This document shows, one piece after another, positions 55,901 through 64,000 of a stretch of 64,000 bases of DNA; within the stretch, counting starts at the first letter, position 1, and each line of letters opens with the position of its first letter. This stretch comes from Dehalococcoidia bacterium (lineage in GTDB: Bacteria > Chloroflexota > Dehalococcoidia > Lucifugimonadales > VXLM01). The stretch covers positions 2,182,301 to 2,246,300 of the forward strand of contig OY762443.1 in assembly GCA_963665745.1 (NCBI GenBank), read 5' to 3'. Position numbers and translations under genes: made by a program. The notes beneath the pieces were generated by a model that made no database searches, was not told where the DNA came from, and saw nothing but the letters and a program-made list of their open reading frames with translations.

Positions 55901-57724
55901 GTGGTATTGTGTACGTTGCCCGTAGGCCCACTATGCTCTAGTACCCCGGAGACGACTTTGGCGACGACATCTTCCGGCAATCCCCGTTACGAGGCGCATG
56001 AGAGTCCGTCCTATCGGGCCTCTCTGGGCTACGGCGTGCAGTTCAGCCTGATTGCCTCGGCCACGCTGCTGGTGACGCCGGTGATCGTGGCGAGCGCGTC
56101 GGACATAGGCGAGTCCTACGTGACCTGGATGGTCTTTGCCTCCCTGGTAGTCGTGGGCCTTTCGACGCTGATTCAGGTCTATCGGATCGGGCCAGTCGGC
56201 GCCGGGGCCGTCCTTCCGATGTTCACCGCGGCCTTCGCCATCCCGTTTTGCATCACCGCGGTGGTGGACGGAGGGCCGGCGACGCTGATGACCCTGGTGG
56301 TCGTCACCGCAATAATCCAGATCGTGATCTCCAAGTGGCTGTTCCTTCTGAGGCGCGTCGTCACGCCGATAGTGGGCGGGACGATAATGATGATACTCTC
56401 GATCACCCTGGCTTCCGTCGTCTTCAGCCTGTTGGACGAAGCGTCGCAGGAAAATCCGACAGAGGCGACGCTGACCGCGCTGGCCACCACGGTAATCGTG
56501 GCGGCGCTCATGCTTCGCGGCTCAGCCATGCTGCGCCTGTGGGGACCGCTGATCGGGATAGTCGGCGGCTGCATCGTCGCCTTCGCCCTCGGAATCTACG
56601 AGTTCGACAGGGTGATCGATGCCGCATGGATCGGGTTTCCGAGTGAGGTGCCCGACTTGGGTCTCGACTTCGGCATTCACTTCTGGACGCTGCTTCCGTC
56701 GTTCCTGTTTCTCGGCCTGATCAACTCCATTCAGGTGAATGGAGCCTCTATCACCAACCAGCGGGTCGCTTGGCGCGAGGACCGAGCGATAGACTTCCGA
56801 GAGGTGCAGAGGGCCTTGGCGGGAGGAGGCGTGAGCAACCTTCTCGCCGGGGTGGGAGGCACGGTGCCCAACGTCGTCAATCCGGCCGGCGCTTCGTTCA
56901 TCCAGACCACGGGTGTTGCCTCCCGCAGGGTCGGGTACTTCATCGGCGGCATTCTGCTGGTGATAGCGTTCCTCCCCAAGGTGTCCGGCCTCATCGCCAC
57001 CATACCCGGTCCCGTGATGACGGGATACCTCATTATGGTGACGGGGAGCCTGCTTGTTGACGGCGCGAGGACGGTCTTCCAGGGCGAGCAAGACCGGCAG
57101 AAGATTGCGGTCGCGGGGGTCTGCTTCTGGATTGGCGCGTCATTCCAGTTCGGGTTGTTCCACCTGCCCGACTTCGGCCCCGTGTGGGGAGCGCTGTTCA
57201 AGAGCGGTATAACGACCGGGGGGATCGCGGCGGTGGTGATGATCCTCTACCTGGAACTTACGAACCCGCGCCGTATGCGGTTTCAGTCGAAGCTCCACAT
57301 CGACTCGCTGCCGGAACTGCAAGAGTTCATCGCAAAATTCGCCGACCGCAGGGGCTGGGGCGCCGAGATGAAGGACAAGCTCAGCGCCGTTGCGGAAGAG
57401 ACTCTCCTGACGCTGGCCCCGCTGGACTTGACATCGTTCGACCTGGACGAAGAAGACGACGACGAGGATGAGGAGGATGGCCGACAATTGATCGTCTTGG
57501 CGTCCAGCGAAGGCCAGGCGGCGGACTTGGAGTTCATTGGCGGAGGGAACCAGGAGAACATCGAGGACCAGGTCCGCCAGCTCCAGGAGCTTGAAATCGA
57601 GACTCCCGCAGAGCATGAAATCTCGCTGCGGCTGCTTCAGAACTACGCCTCGTCCGTGAACCACCATCAGTACTCCGGCACGGACGTCATCACGCTTCGA
57701 GTCGAGCCTCCCAGCGCGAGTTAA
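55901..57724 (+). CDS. NCS2-like transporter paralog with the same C-terminal domain and an acidic linker
   Basis: Collinear with the 49040..50782 product. DLDEEDDDEDEEDG linker. An alternative TTG start at 55958 lies behind GGAG. Confidence 0.65.
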   Translation: MVLCTLPVGPLCSSTPETTLATTSSGNPRYEAHESPSYRASLGYGVQFSLIASATLLVTPVIVASASDIGESYVTWMVFASLVVVGLSTLIQVYRIGPVGAGAVLPMFTAAFAIPFCITAVVDGGPATLMTLVVVTAIIQIVISKWLFLLRRVVTPIVGGTIMMILSITLASVVFSLLDEASQENPTEATLTALATTVIVAALMLRGSAMLRLWGPLIGIVGGCIVAFALGIYEFDRVIDAAWIGFPSEVPDLGLDFGIHFWTLLPSFLFLGLINSIQVNGASITNQRVAWREDRAIDFREVQRALAGGGVSNLLAGVGGTVPNVVNPAGASFIQTTGVASRRVGYFIGGILLVIAFLPKVSGLIATIPGPVMTGYLIMVTGSLLVDGARTVFQGEQDRQKIAVAGVCFWIGASFQFGLFHLPDFGPVWGALFKSGITTGGIAAVVMILYLELTNPRRMRFQSKLHIDSLPELQEFIAKFADRRGWGAEMKDKLSAVAEETLLTLAPLDLTSFDLDEEDDDEDEEDGRQLIVLASSEGQAADLEFIGGGNQENIEDQVRQLQELEIETPAEHEISLRLLQNYASSVNHHQYSGTDVITLRVEPPSAS

Positions 57725-57862
57725 GCAACCGTAAGCTCCTTCGGGCCGGATTTCGATAGGGAGAAGCACATGACTCGAACAGACGAGGGTTCTCGCGATT
57801 CATCGAAGGTTGGACAAGGTCAGCCCTCCCCTAGGGTCAAGCAAAGAAGGGACGTAGGAACC

Positions 57863-58090
57863 ATGACTTTAGACGAAGCAACCGCAATCCTCCGTGAGAT
57901 GCGCAAGAACGCGCCCTATGGAGAGGTCGGTATACAAGCCATCTTGTTTGGTATCAAGTACCGCGAACAACTTGAACACATGAGCCTTGCTGAGCTTTCC
58001 CGCCAAGTGGGGGGCGGCCCAGAAACCTGTAAGGTCGAGTTAGAGTACGGTATGAAACTGGCGCAACACGTGGACCTCAGGCGGGATTGA
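57863..58090 (+). CDS. Small hypothetical protein, 'LFGIKY' family (paralog of 20053..20322)
   Basis: MTLDEATAILREMRKN...ILFGIKYREQL aligns with MDISDAAALLKDMYKE...PLFGIKYAKEL. The ATG at 57863 is preferred over the ATG at 57770. Confidence 0.45.
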   Translation: MTLDEATAILREMRKNAPYGEVGIQAILFGIKYREQLEHMSLAELSRQVGGGPETCKVELEYGMKLAQHVDLRRD

Positions 58091-58200
58091 AGACCATGTG
58101 AACAATGGCAACGGCCCTCACGGTTAAGGGCCTTCTACTCGGTAGGCCGAGCTCCGTGCTCGCCTCAGTTACGGGTGCACCGAATACTGCACAGCTCATC

Positions 58201-59052
58201 TTACCAAACTCTCCTTTTCGGAGTGTACCCCAATGACCAGAACGTGTAGTTCATGTGGACTTGAGGTCGGGGTCCAGCTGGATAAACTTGTATGGCCGGG
58301 ATCTCAGCTAGCTTGTCGAACTTGAGAGCGACTCCGTCTGGATATGTTTGGATGTCGAGCGTTTCTTCTACCTCAAGAACTTTGTTCGAGAGAATGAGAA
58401 TAGTATACGTGTCCAACTGTGATACATCTGCCCCTCGCTCAAACTTGAGGCACCACAACTCAAAACCGATCTCGGCCATGCCCCACATGAGCGAGACCTC
58501 AGTACGCAACCTGGGGTTAAAAATTTGACCATATCTCTCCAGCCATATTCCAGTGGGTACTCCGAAGCTCGCAAATTTGAAGAAATCCGCATCAAGCTTC
58601 CGAATCCCGTTAGCATCAACCTTCCAATTTCCGACCCGCCTATGACTACACTGAGTCATGAACTTGAGTACGTCTCGTCGTACATTCTCGTCGAAGTAAA
58701 TCCAAGACCTCGTCGGTTCCGGATCCCACAACAGATCGACGAGTTCGACGAACTCCGGTTTGAACTCTGGAGTCGGCACAGGCGTGGGTATCAACGTTGG
58801 GATGGTCGTCACTCTGCCGGTACGCGTTGGCGTTGGTGTCGGAGTAAGTCTCCAGTCGCCTCTACTCATAACGGAATCGCCGGGTTGAGTGGCAACAGGT
58901 GCAGACGTTGGCGTGGGAGTCGGTGTCAGGGTTGGAGGCTCTATCCAACCGTCCGGAGTCGGAGTGGGAGTGGAACTTTCGTCCCCAACGTTACAAGCCG
59001 TCACAATCATCACTCCGAGCACAACTCCAAAAGTCGCTAAGAACCCCTTCAT
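58201..59052 (-). CDS. Hypothetical lipoprotein with a Thr/Pro-rich linker
   Basis: Signal peptide plus lipobox (IVTACNVG), TPTPTP-type linkers and an unassigned C-terminal domain of about 170 aa. The region has lower GC than its surroundings. Confidence 0.5.
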   Translation of the reverse strand: MKGFLATFGVVLGVMIVTACNVGDESSTPTPTPDGWIEPPTLTPTPTPTSAPVATQPGDSVMSRGDWRLTPTPTPTRTGRVTTIPTLIPTPVPTPEFKPEFVELVDLLWDPEPTRSWIYFDENVRRDVLKFMTQCSHRRVGNWKVDANGIRKLDADFFKFASFGVPTGIWLERYGQIFNPRLRTEVSLMWGMAEIGFELWCLKFERGADVSQLDTYTILILSNKVLEVEETLDIQTYPDGVALKFDKLAEIPAIQVYPAGPRPQVHMNYTFWSLGYTPKRRVW

Positions 59053-59272
59053 GCCCTCTCCCGTTGTTTTGATTCACCCTGCTTATAATTATAGAAAACG
59101 AGCGTAGCCTCCGCGACCCCCGTCAGTTGGCCTAGCTAGTTCGCGCTGGCGATCTCTATGTCCGCAAGGCGGTTGGCGTCGTGCTCTCGCTTGGCGGTGA
59201 GGGATCGGATTGGATGGGCAGACATAGTTGCTCGCGCTCATTGGTCTGTCCCCAATAGTAGGTGTTGGAGGG

Positions 59273-60493
59273 TTAGTGAATAGCCGCGGCGATGGCGGCG
59301 GCGCGCTCGTTGATGAGCCGGCCTTCGTGGAAGCGGTTGAGGTCGAATGACCGTATGAGTTCCGGCGTCACGCCGGTGGTGATGAGTTCGGCTGTCATCT
59401 TGCCCGATATGGGCGCGGCCTTGAATCCCCACGTTCCCCAGCCGCAGTTGAGGACGAAGCCGTCGACGCCGTCCACCGGCCCGATGATCGGGGCGTAGTC
59501 GGGCGTTATGTCGCAGATGCCCGTCCACTGGCGGAGCACCTTCACGTCGCGAAGCTTGGGCAGGAGACGGATGGCGTTGGCTGCCAGCTCCTCCAGCATT
59601 TGCAGCGTCGATTTGTGCGAATAGGCCGGGAAGTGGTCGACACCGCCTCCGATGACGAACTCGCCGCGCTCGGTCTGGTAGACGTACGTGTGAAGCTCGC
59701 CGGACGAAATCGTCGTGTGCATGAATGGCTTGAGCGGCTCGGTGACGAAGGCCTGGAGCGGGTAGGTGATGATCGGCATGTCGATGTCCAGCATGTGAGC
59801 GATGGTCGATGTCCAGCCCGCCGTCGCGCTGACGACGAGGCCCGCGCTCACGCGACCCTTTGCGGTCTCCACGCCGGTGACCCTGCCGTTCTCCCGCGTG
59901 ATTCCCGTGACCTCGGTGAAGGGGTGCAGCTCGACGCCGAGCCGGTCTGCCGCGCGGGCGTAGCCCCAGACTACCCCGTCGTGACGGGCGACTCCCGCGG
60001 GCGGATGGTGCAGCGCCCCGACGATGGGGAACGGCTTCCCCTCCCGCAGGTCGATCTGTGGGACGATCCGCTTGACCTCACGCGGCTCGATGAGGCGACT
60101 GTCCACGCCCATCAGCCGGTTGTACTCGACGCGCTGTCGAAGCCAGAACAGGGTGGACTCCGTGTGAGCAATGTCCAGCCGTCCGATCTGGCTGAACAGA
60201 ACGTTCAGGTTGAGTTCCGTCGCAAGCTGCTCGTACAGCTTCAGGCTTGCGTTCATGAAGGCTATCCCCTCGGGCGTGAGGTAGTTGGAGCGGATGATGG
60301 CCGTGTTCCGCCCGCTCGCTCCCGCGCCGAGGTAGCTCTTGTCGAGGACGGCGACCCGCTTCACGCCGAGCTTGGCGAGGTGATAGGCGGTCGAGAGACC
60401 ATGCACCCCCCCGCCGATGACGACCACGTCATAGTGCGGCGCAAGGTCGGCTTGCCGCCAGAATTTTTCCTTCCTGAGTACTTGGAGCACCAT
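59273..60493 (-). CDS. soxB: Sarcosine oxidase beta-subunit-like FAD-dependent oxidoreductase
   Basis: YDVVVIGGGVHGLSTAYHLAK dinucleotide fold with SoxB-like length. ATGA overlap with the upstream gene. Confidence 0.75.
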   Translation of the reverse strand: MVLQVLRKEKFWRQADLAPHYDVVVIGGGVHGLSTAYHLAKLGVKRVAVLDKSYLGAGASGRNTAIIRSNYLTPEGIAFMNASLKLYEQLATELNLNVLFSQIGRLDIAHTESTLFWLRQRVEYNRLMGVDSRLIEPREVKRIVPQIDLREGKPFPIVGALHHPPAGVARHDGVVWGYARAADRLGVELHPFTEVTGITRENGRVTGVETAKGRVSAGLVVSATAGWTSTIAHMLDIDMPIITYPLQAFVTEPLKPFMHTTISSGELHTYVYQTERGEFVIGGGVDHFPAYSHKSTLQMLEELAANAIRLLPKLRDVKVLRQWTGICDITPDYAPIIGPVDGVDGFVLNCGWGTWGFKAAPISGKMTAELITTGVTPELIRSFDLNRFHEGRLINERAAAIAAAIH

Positions 60494-61191
60494 CAGATTT
60501 CACCACAGAGGGCGCGGAGGGCGCAGAGACCAAACGGCGTCAGCCCGTGTCGCTCGCCCGCGTCGATGAGCGATTCCCACATATGGTCTCCGTAGTCTCT
60601 ACCGAAGAGAAGGTCATACACCAGGAGTCCGCCGATGTCCTTGCGGATGATCGTGCCGTGTATCTCTGCGACCATGCTCTGCGCGCAGGAGAGATTCGGG
60701 AAGTATGGCGGCGCAAGGTCGAGGTCGGTCACTCCGGCAAGGACGGCGGGGGCGTTCGGGCCGATGATGCGGACGGCGGCGAGGACCGAGGTCACGTTCA
60801 CCGGATGCACACAGCCGTCGAACCTGAGAGAATCGAGGACGTGGTCGACGCTTACCTGTTCCGACACAATCAGGCAGTCATCGTCGGCCAAGCGTATTAC
60901 GACCGGTTCACCGGAATCGTCTGGGTTTACGAATGTCGATCCGACGGACGTGACTTGATAGCCTGGGACGGCCTCTCGGAGGGCCTGATCGACCGACTCG
61001 CCCTGCAGGCGAATTTTTCCAATAGAGCTGATGTCGGTAATCCCAGCCGCCTGCCGGACTCGGTCCGCCTCGTCTCCGGGATCAGAATACCGCGCAGGGA
61101 GTGTCCAGCCCTCGTGCTCCACCATCGCAGCCCCAAGTTCGAGGTGCCGGTAGTGCATGGCGCTGATGGCAGGCGGTCTTTGGACTTGCAT
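60493..61191 (-). CDS. Sarcosine oxidase gamma-subunit-like / GcvT-fold protein
   Basis: Protein of about 230 aa with a GcvT-like pattern (ITDISSIGKIRLQG). It lies between the alpha-like and beta-like genes. ATG at 61191. Confidence 0.55.
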   Translation of the reverse strand: MQVQRPPAISAMHYRHLELGAAMVEHEGWTLPARYSDPGDEADRVRQAAGITDISSIGKIRLQGESVDQALREAVPGYQVTSVGSTFVNPDDSGEPVVIRLADDDCLIVSEQVSVDHVLDSLRFDGCVHPVNVTSVLAAVRIIGPNAPAVLAGVTDLDLAPPYFPNLSCAQSMVAEIHGTIIRKDIGGLLVYDLLFGRDYGDHMWESLIDAGERHGLTPFGLCALRALCGEI

Positions 61192-61193
61192 CT

Positions 61194-64000
61194 TCACTCG
61201 CGCAGCCTCTTGCCTTCGGGGTCGTAGAAGGGCTTGAGCGTCACCGTTGCATCGTGGGCGCTGCCCTCCGTCCATATTCTGATAGTTTCGCCCTCATCGG
61301 CGAGATGAGCGGGAACGCGCGCGTAGCCGAATCCCTTGCCCATCGTGGGACTGAGTCGCGAACTGGTGATCCGGCCGATGGGTCTACTCTGCGCGTCAAC
61401 GACCGAGTCGCCGTCGTGGGGGACGACGCCATCGCTCATGACGAACCCCACCAGCTTGTCGCGGTCGCCGCGATCTCTCGCGAGTCGCAGTCCGCCCGCG
61501 CCGACGAAGTCGCCCTTGTCGAAGTTGACCACCCAGTCAGCGCCCACGTCGAAGGGAGTAGTGAGCAGATCGGTGTCCTGGCTTGGGATGATGTGCATCT
61601 TTTCCAGCCGGAGTATGCGCTGGGCTTCGACCCCGAACGGACGAATGCCGAACTCGGCCCCGGCATCTAGCAGCGCGTCCCACATGTGCTCGCCGTACTC
61701 GGCAGGGCAGTGCACCTCCCAACCCGATTCGCCGACGAACCCGATCTTGAGCAAAATGGCGGGTACCCCGGCCACGTCGCCTCGTTTGACCCGCATGTAG
61801 CGGAACTTCGCGGGGGTGAGGTCGATGTCGGTCAGTTTCGAGAGCGTCGCGCGCGCGTTCGGCCCCGCTATGTTGATGACTGAGTACCCCGACGTGACGT
61901 TCGTGACGTACGCGCACATCTCACGGTCGGCCATCCACCACTGGAACCACTGCTCGACCGTCTCGACGTTGGCCGTGGAGGTCGTGACGTAGTAATGGTC
62001 GTCCGCTAGGCGCGCGACGGTGCCGTCGTCCATGATCGTGCCGTTGTCGCCCGTGAGCACTCCGTATCGGACACGCCCGGGACGCAGATCGGAGAAGCGG
62101 TGCGTGTACACGAAATCGAGAAGCTCAGGCGCGTCCTTCCCCTGAATGTCGAGCTTGCCGAGTGTGCCCACGTCGATAATGCCGACGCTCTCCCGGACGG
62201 CCTTAGCTTCCTCCTGCGGATCACCGTAGCTGTGCGGACGATGCCAGCCGCCCGTCTCGGCCATCTTGGCGTTCGCCTGGAGGTGTCGCTGGTGGATCGG
62301 CGTTCGCTTGAACGCCATGTGCATCGGCCCGGCCAGTTCACCCAGCGTGAGCGGCTGGACGGGTGGCCGTGAGGTCGTCGAGCCGACCTCCGTGAGCGGC
62401 GTATCAGTCTCTTGGGAGAGTATCTCGGCGAACCGCTTATGGCACATCTTCCCCTGGCACGGCCCCATCGTGACCGTGCTGTACCGCTTGAGCATCTGCA
62501 CGTCCCGGAAGCCCTCGTCTACGCCCTGTACCACGTCCTTGGCGAGCACGTCCTCGCAGTAGCAGACGAACTGGCGCGGTCCCGCCGCGAGATCGACCGG
62601 GGCCGGCGTGATGAGTGCCCGTCGTCGGTACGAGGAAATGCTCTCCCTCAGTGACCGCTTGATGGCCGAACGCTCGGTACCATTCAGGGAGGGACTGATG
62701 ACTAGAGAAGCCTCGAGGCCCGCCAGTCTCCCCTGCATTGCTGATATAGTCGGGTCATGGATCGCGGTCACGTCGCCAGCCGCATGGACCGATTCCGGCA
62801 GCTCCACGGGTATGTCCGCGTCCACGTCGAAGTCGCGCATGAACGTTGCTCCGGCCTGGTGGAGCAGGGCGGACGACGGCTGGAAGCCGCCGCTCATGGC
62901 GATGGTGTCGCAGTCGAACTGGCGCTCGTTGCCGGTCACGCCGTCCGGTCCCACCTCGGCCACTACTCCCCCGATGACCGTTCGCGTGCCCTCCGCCCTG
63001 ACCATGGCATGGTTGGGCAGAATCAGCACGCCCCTGGACTTGAGGGTGGTCGCGGCGTCGAGGTCGCGACGGAACTCCGGGCGAGTGTCGGCGAGGGCGA
63101 CGATTCTCATGCCCGCATCGAGCATATCGAGGGCGGCGTAGTATGCCTCGTCGTTGGTCGTCACCACGAGTGTGGAGTTGCCCGGCTTGACGCCGTAGAG
63201 GTTGATGAGACGCCGGACTCCCGTGCTGAGCATGACGCCGGAAAGGTCGTTGCGCTCGAACGTGAGCGGCACTTCCTGCGCCCCGGTCGCAACGATGGCG
63301 TGGCGGGCGCGAAGGTGGACGATCCCATGAGGGGTGCGCACGCCGAGAAGGTTGTCCTCGTAGTGGCCGAAGACGGTGGAGTCGGAGAGAACGTCGATGC
63401 GGTCCTGCGCTGCCACGCGAGCGGCGAGCGCTTGGACCGCTTCCGGCGCGGACATTTCACGGTCGTCGACGTTCACGAGTTCGTGTCGGGAGCCGTACCG
63501 GAGCCTGCCTCCGAGCGCGGGCTGATCGTCGACGAGGGTGACGCGAGCGCCGTTGCGGGCCGCCTCCAGGGCGGCCGACATCCCCGCGACGCCGCCTCCA
63601 ACGACGGCGACGTCCGCATGGGCATATGAGCGGTGCTCGGCTGCATGACCCTCTGCATCGAGATTGACGCTGCCAAGTCCCGCAAGCCGTCGAATGACCG
63701 AAGCCGAGAAGTCCCAGAGCGCCCTGGGCCGGTAGAGGCCCTTGTAGTAGAACCCGATGGGCAGCGCCCAGCGAAATCGGTCGATGACGGAAAACAGGTC
63801 TCGTTCGAGGCCGGGCCAGGCGTTCTGCCCCTTGACCTTCATTCCCTGTTCCACGCGCCGGACGCACGCGCGAACGTTCGGGACGCCGTCCACGGTCATC
63901 AGGCAGTTCGGACAGTTCCCGGAGACGCACAGCATCCCGCGAACGCGGTGATACTTGAAGCTGCGGGAGAAGATGCGAACCCCGGAGGCGTACAGCGCCG
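61194..64000 (-). CDS. soxA: Sarcosine oxidase alpha-subunit-like protein (2Fe-2S-like N-terminus, FAD/NAD domain, C-terminal GcvT domain); 5' end outside window
   Basis: The frame stays open to the window edge (..SFKYHRVRGMLCVSGNCPNC). ADVAVVGGGVAGMSAALEAA. The C-terminal aminomethyltransferase-like half carries GKLDIQG. Confidence 0.8.
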   Translation of the reverse strand, partial: ALYASGVRIFSRSFKYHRVRGMLCVSGNCPNCLMTVDGVPNVRACVRRVEQGMKVKGQNAWPGLERDLFSVIDRFRWALPIGFYYKGLYRPRALWDFSASVIRRLAGLGSVNLDAEGHAAEHRSYAHADVAVVGGGVAGMSAALEAARNGARVTLVDDQPALGGRLRYGSRHELVNVDDREMSAPEAVQALAARVAAQDRIDVLSDSTVFGHYEDNLLGVRTPHGIVHLRARHAIVATGAQEVPLTFERNDLSGVMLSTGVRRLINLYGVKPGNSTLVVTTNDEAYYAALDMLDAGMRIVALADTRPEFRRDLDAATTLKSRGVLILPNHAMVRAEGTRTVIGGVVAEVGPDGVTGNERQFDCDTIAMSGGFQPSSALLHQAGATFMRDFDVDADIPVELPESVHAAGDVTAIHDPTISAMQGRLAGLEASLVISPSLNGTERSAIKRSLRESISSYRRRALITPAPVDLAAGPRQFVCYCEDVLAKDVVQGVDEGFRDVQMLKRYSTVTMGPCQGKMCHKRFAEILSQETDTPLTEVGSTTSRPPVQPLTLGELAGPMHMAFKRTPIHQRHLQANAKMAETGGWHRPHSYGDPQEEAKAVRESVGIIDVGTLGKLDIQGKDAPELLDFVYTHRFSDLRPGRVRYGVLTGDNGTIMDDGTVARLADDHYYVTTSTANVETVEQWFQWWMADREMCAYVTNVTSGYSVINIAGPNARATLSKLTDIDLTPAKFRYMRVKRGDVAGVPAILLKIGFVGESGWEVHCPAEYGEHMWDALLDAGAEFGIRPFGVEAQRILRLEKMHIIPSQDTDLLTTPFDVGADWVVNFDKGDFVGAGGLRLARDRGDRDKLVGFVMSDGVVPHDGDSVVDAQSRPIGRITSSRLSPTMGKGFGYARVPAHLADEGETIRIWTEGSAHDATVTLKPFYDPEGKRLRE

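Overview
High-GC (roughly 60% by eye) bacterial chromosomal window, probably Chloroflexota-like. The lineage call is an inference from the DUF2298 'YYY' / TIGR03663-type membrane gene pair and from the many REP-like hairpin repeats whose translations read SLSKG..FDRLRANG and IPAFAGMT. Most of the window is housekeeping: a nhaA 3' end, a livFGMH operon with two tandem substrate-binding genes, RNase D, an RNase II/R-family exoribonuclease, and an LLM oxidoreductase. There is a methyl-cycle cluster (mtnP, PfkB kinase, ahcY, metK), a phosphoglucomutase, pth, tRNA-Asp and cobQ. A btuCFD-like importer sits behind a cobalamin riboswitch, and a sarcosine-oxidase-like operon runs off the right edge. 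Lower-GC accessory pieces are embedded in this backbone. (1) A tight three-gene cassette at 25.6-28.0 kb encodes a membrane zinc-ribbon protein, an ABC/OLD-type ATPase and a PIN-like nuclease. I consider it the best candidate for an undescribed ATPase-nuclease defence system. (2) A stand-alone prokaryotic viperin (pVip) lies at 54.8-55.7 kb. (3) A head-to-tail tandem pair of IS110-family elements is inserted into a REP-like hairpin, and its 5' non-coding arm could encode a bridge RNA. (4) A DUF433 / PIN-like toxin-antitoxin-type pair sits at the left edge. (5) A 1949-aa secreted protein has alternating cadherin-like and FN3 modules and ends in plant-type leucine-rich repeats. (6) Two paralogous NCS2-like permeases carry an unassigned C-terminal domain, and one is linked to a beta-carbonic anhydrase. 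Many long ORFs in the track are antisense or off-frame artefacts of the high GC content and were rejected.
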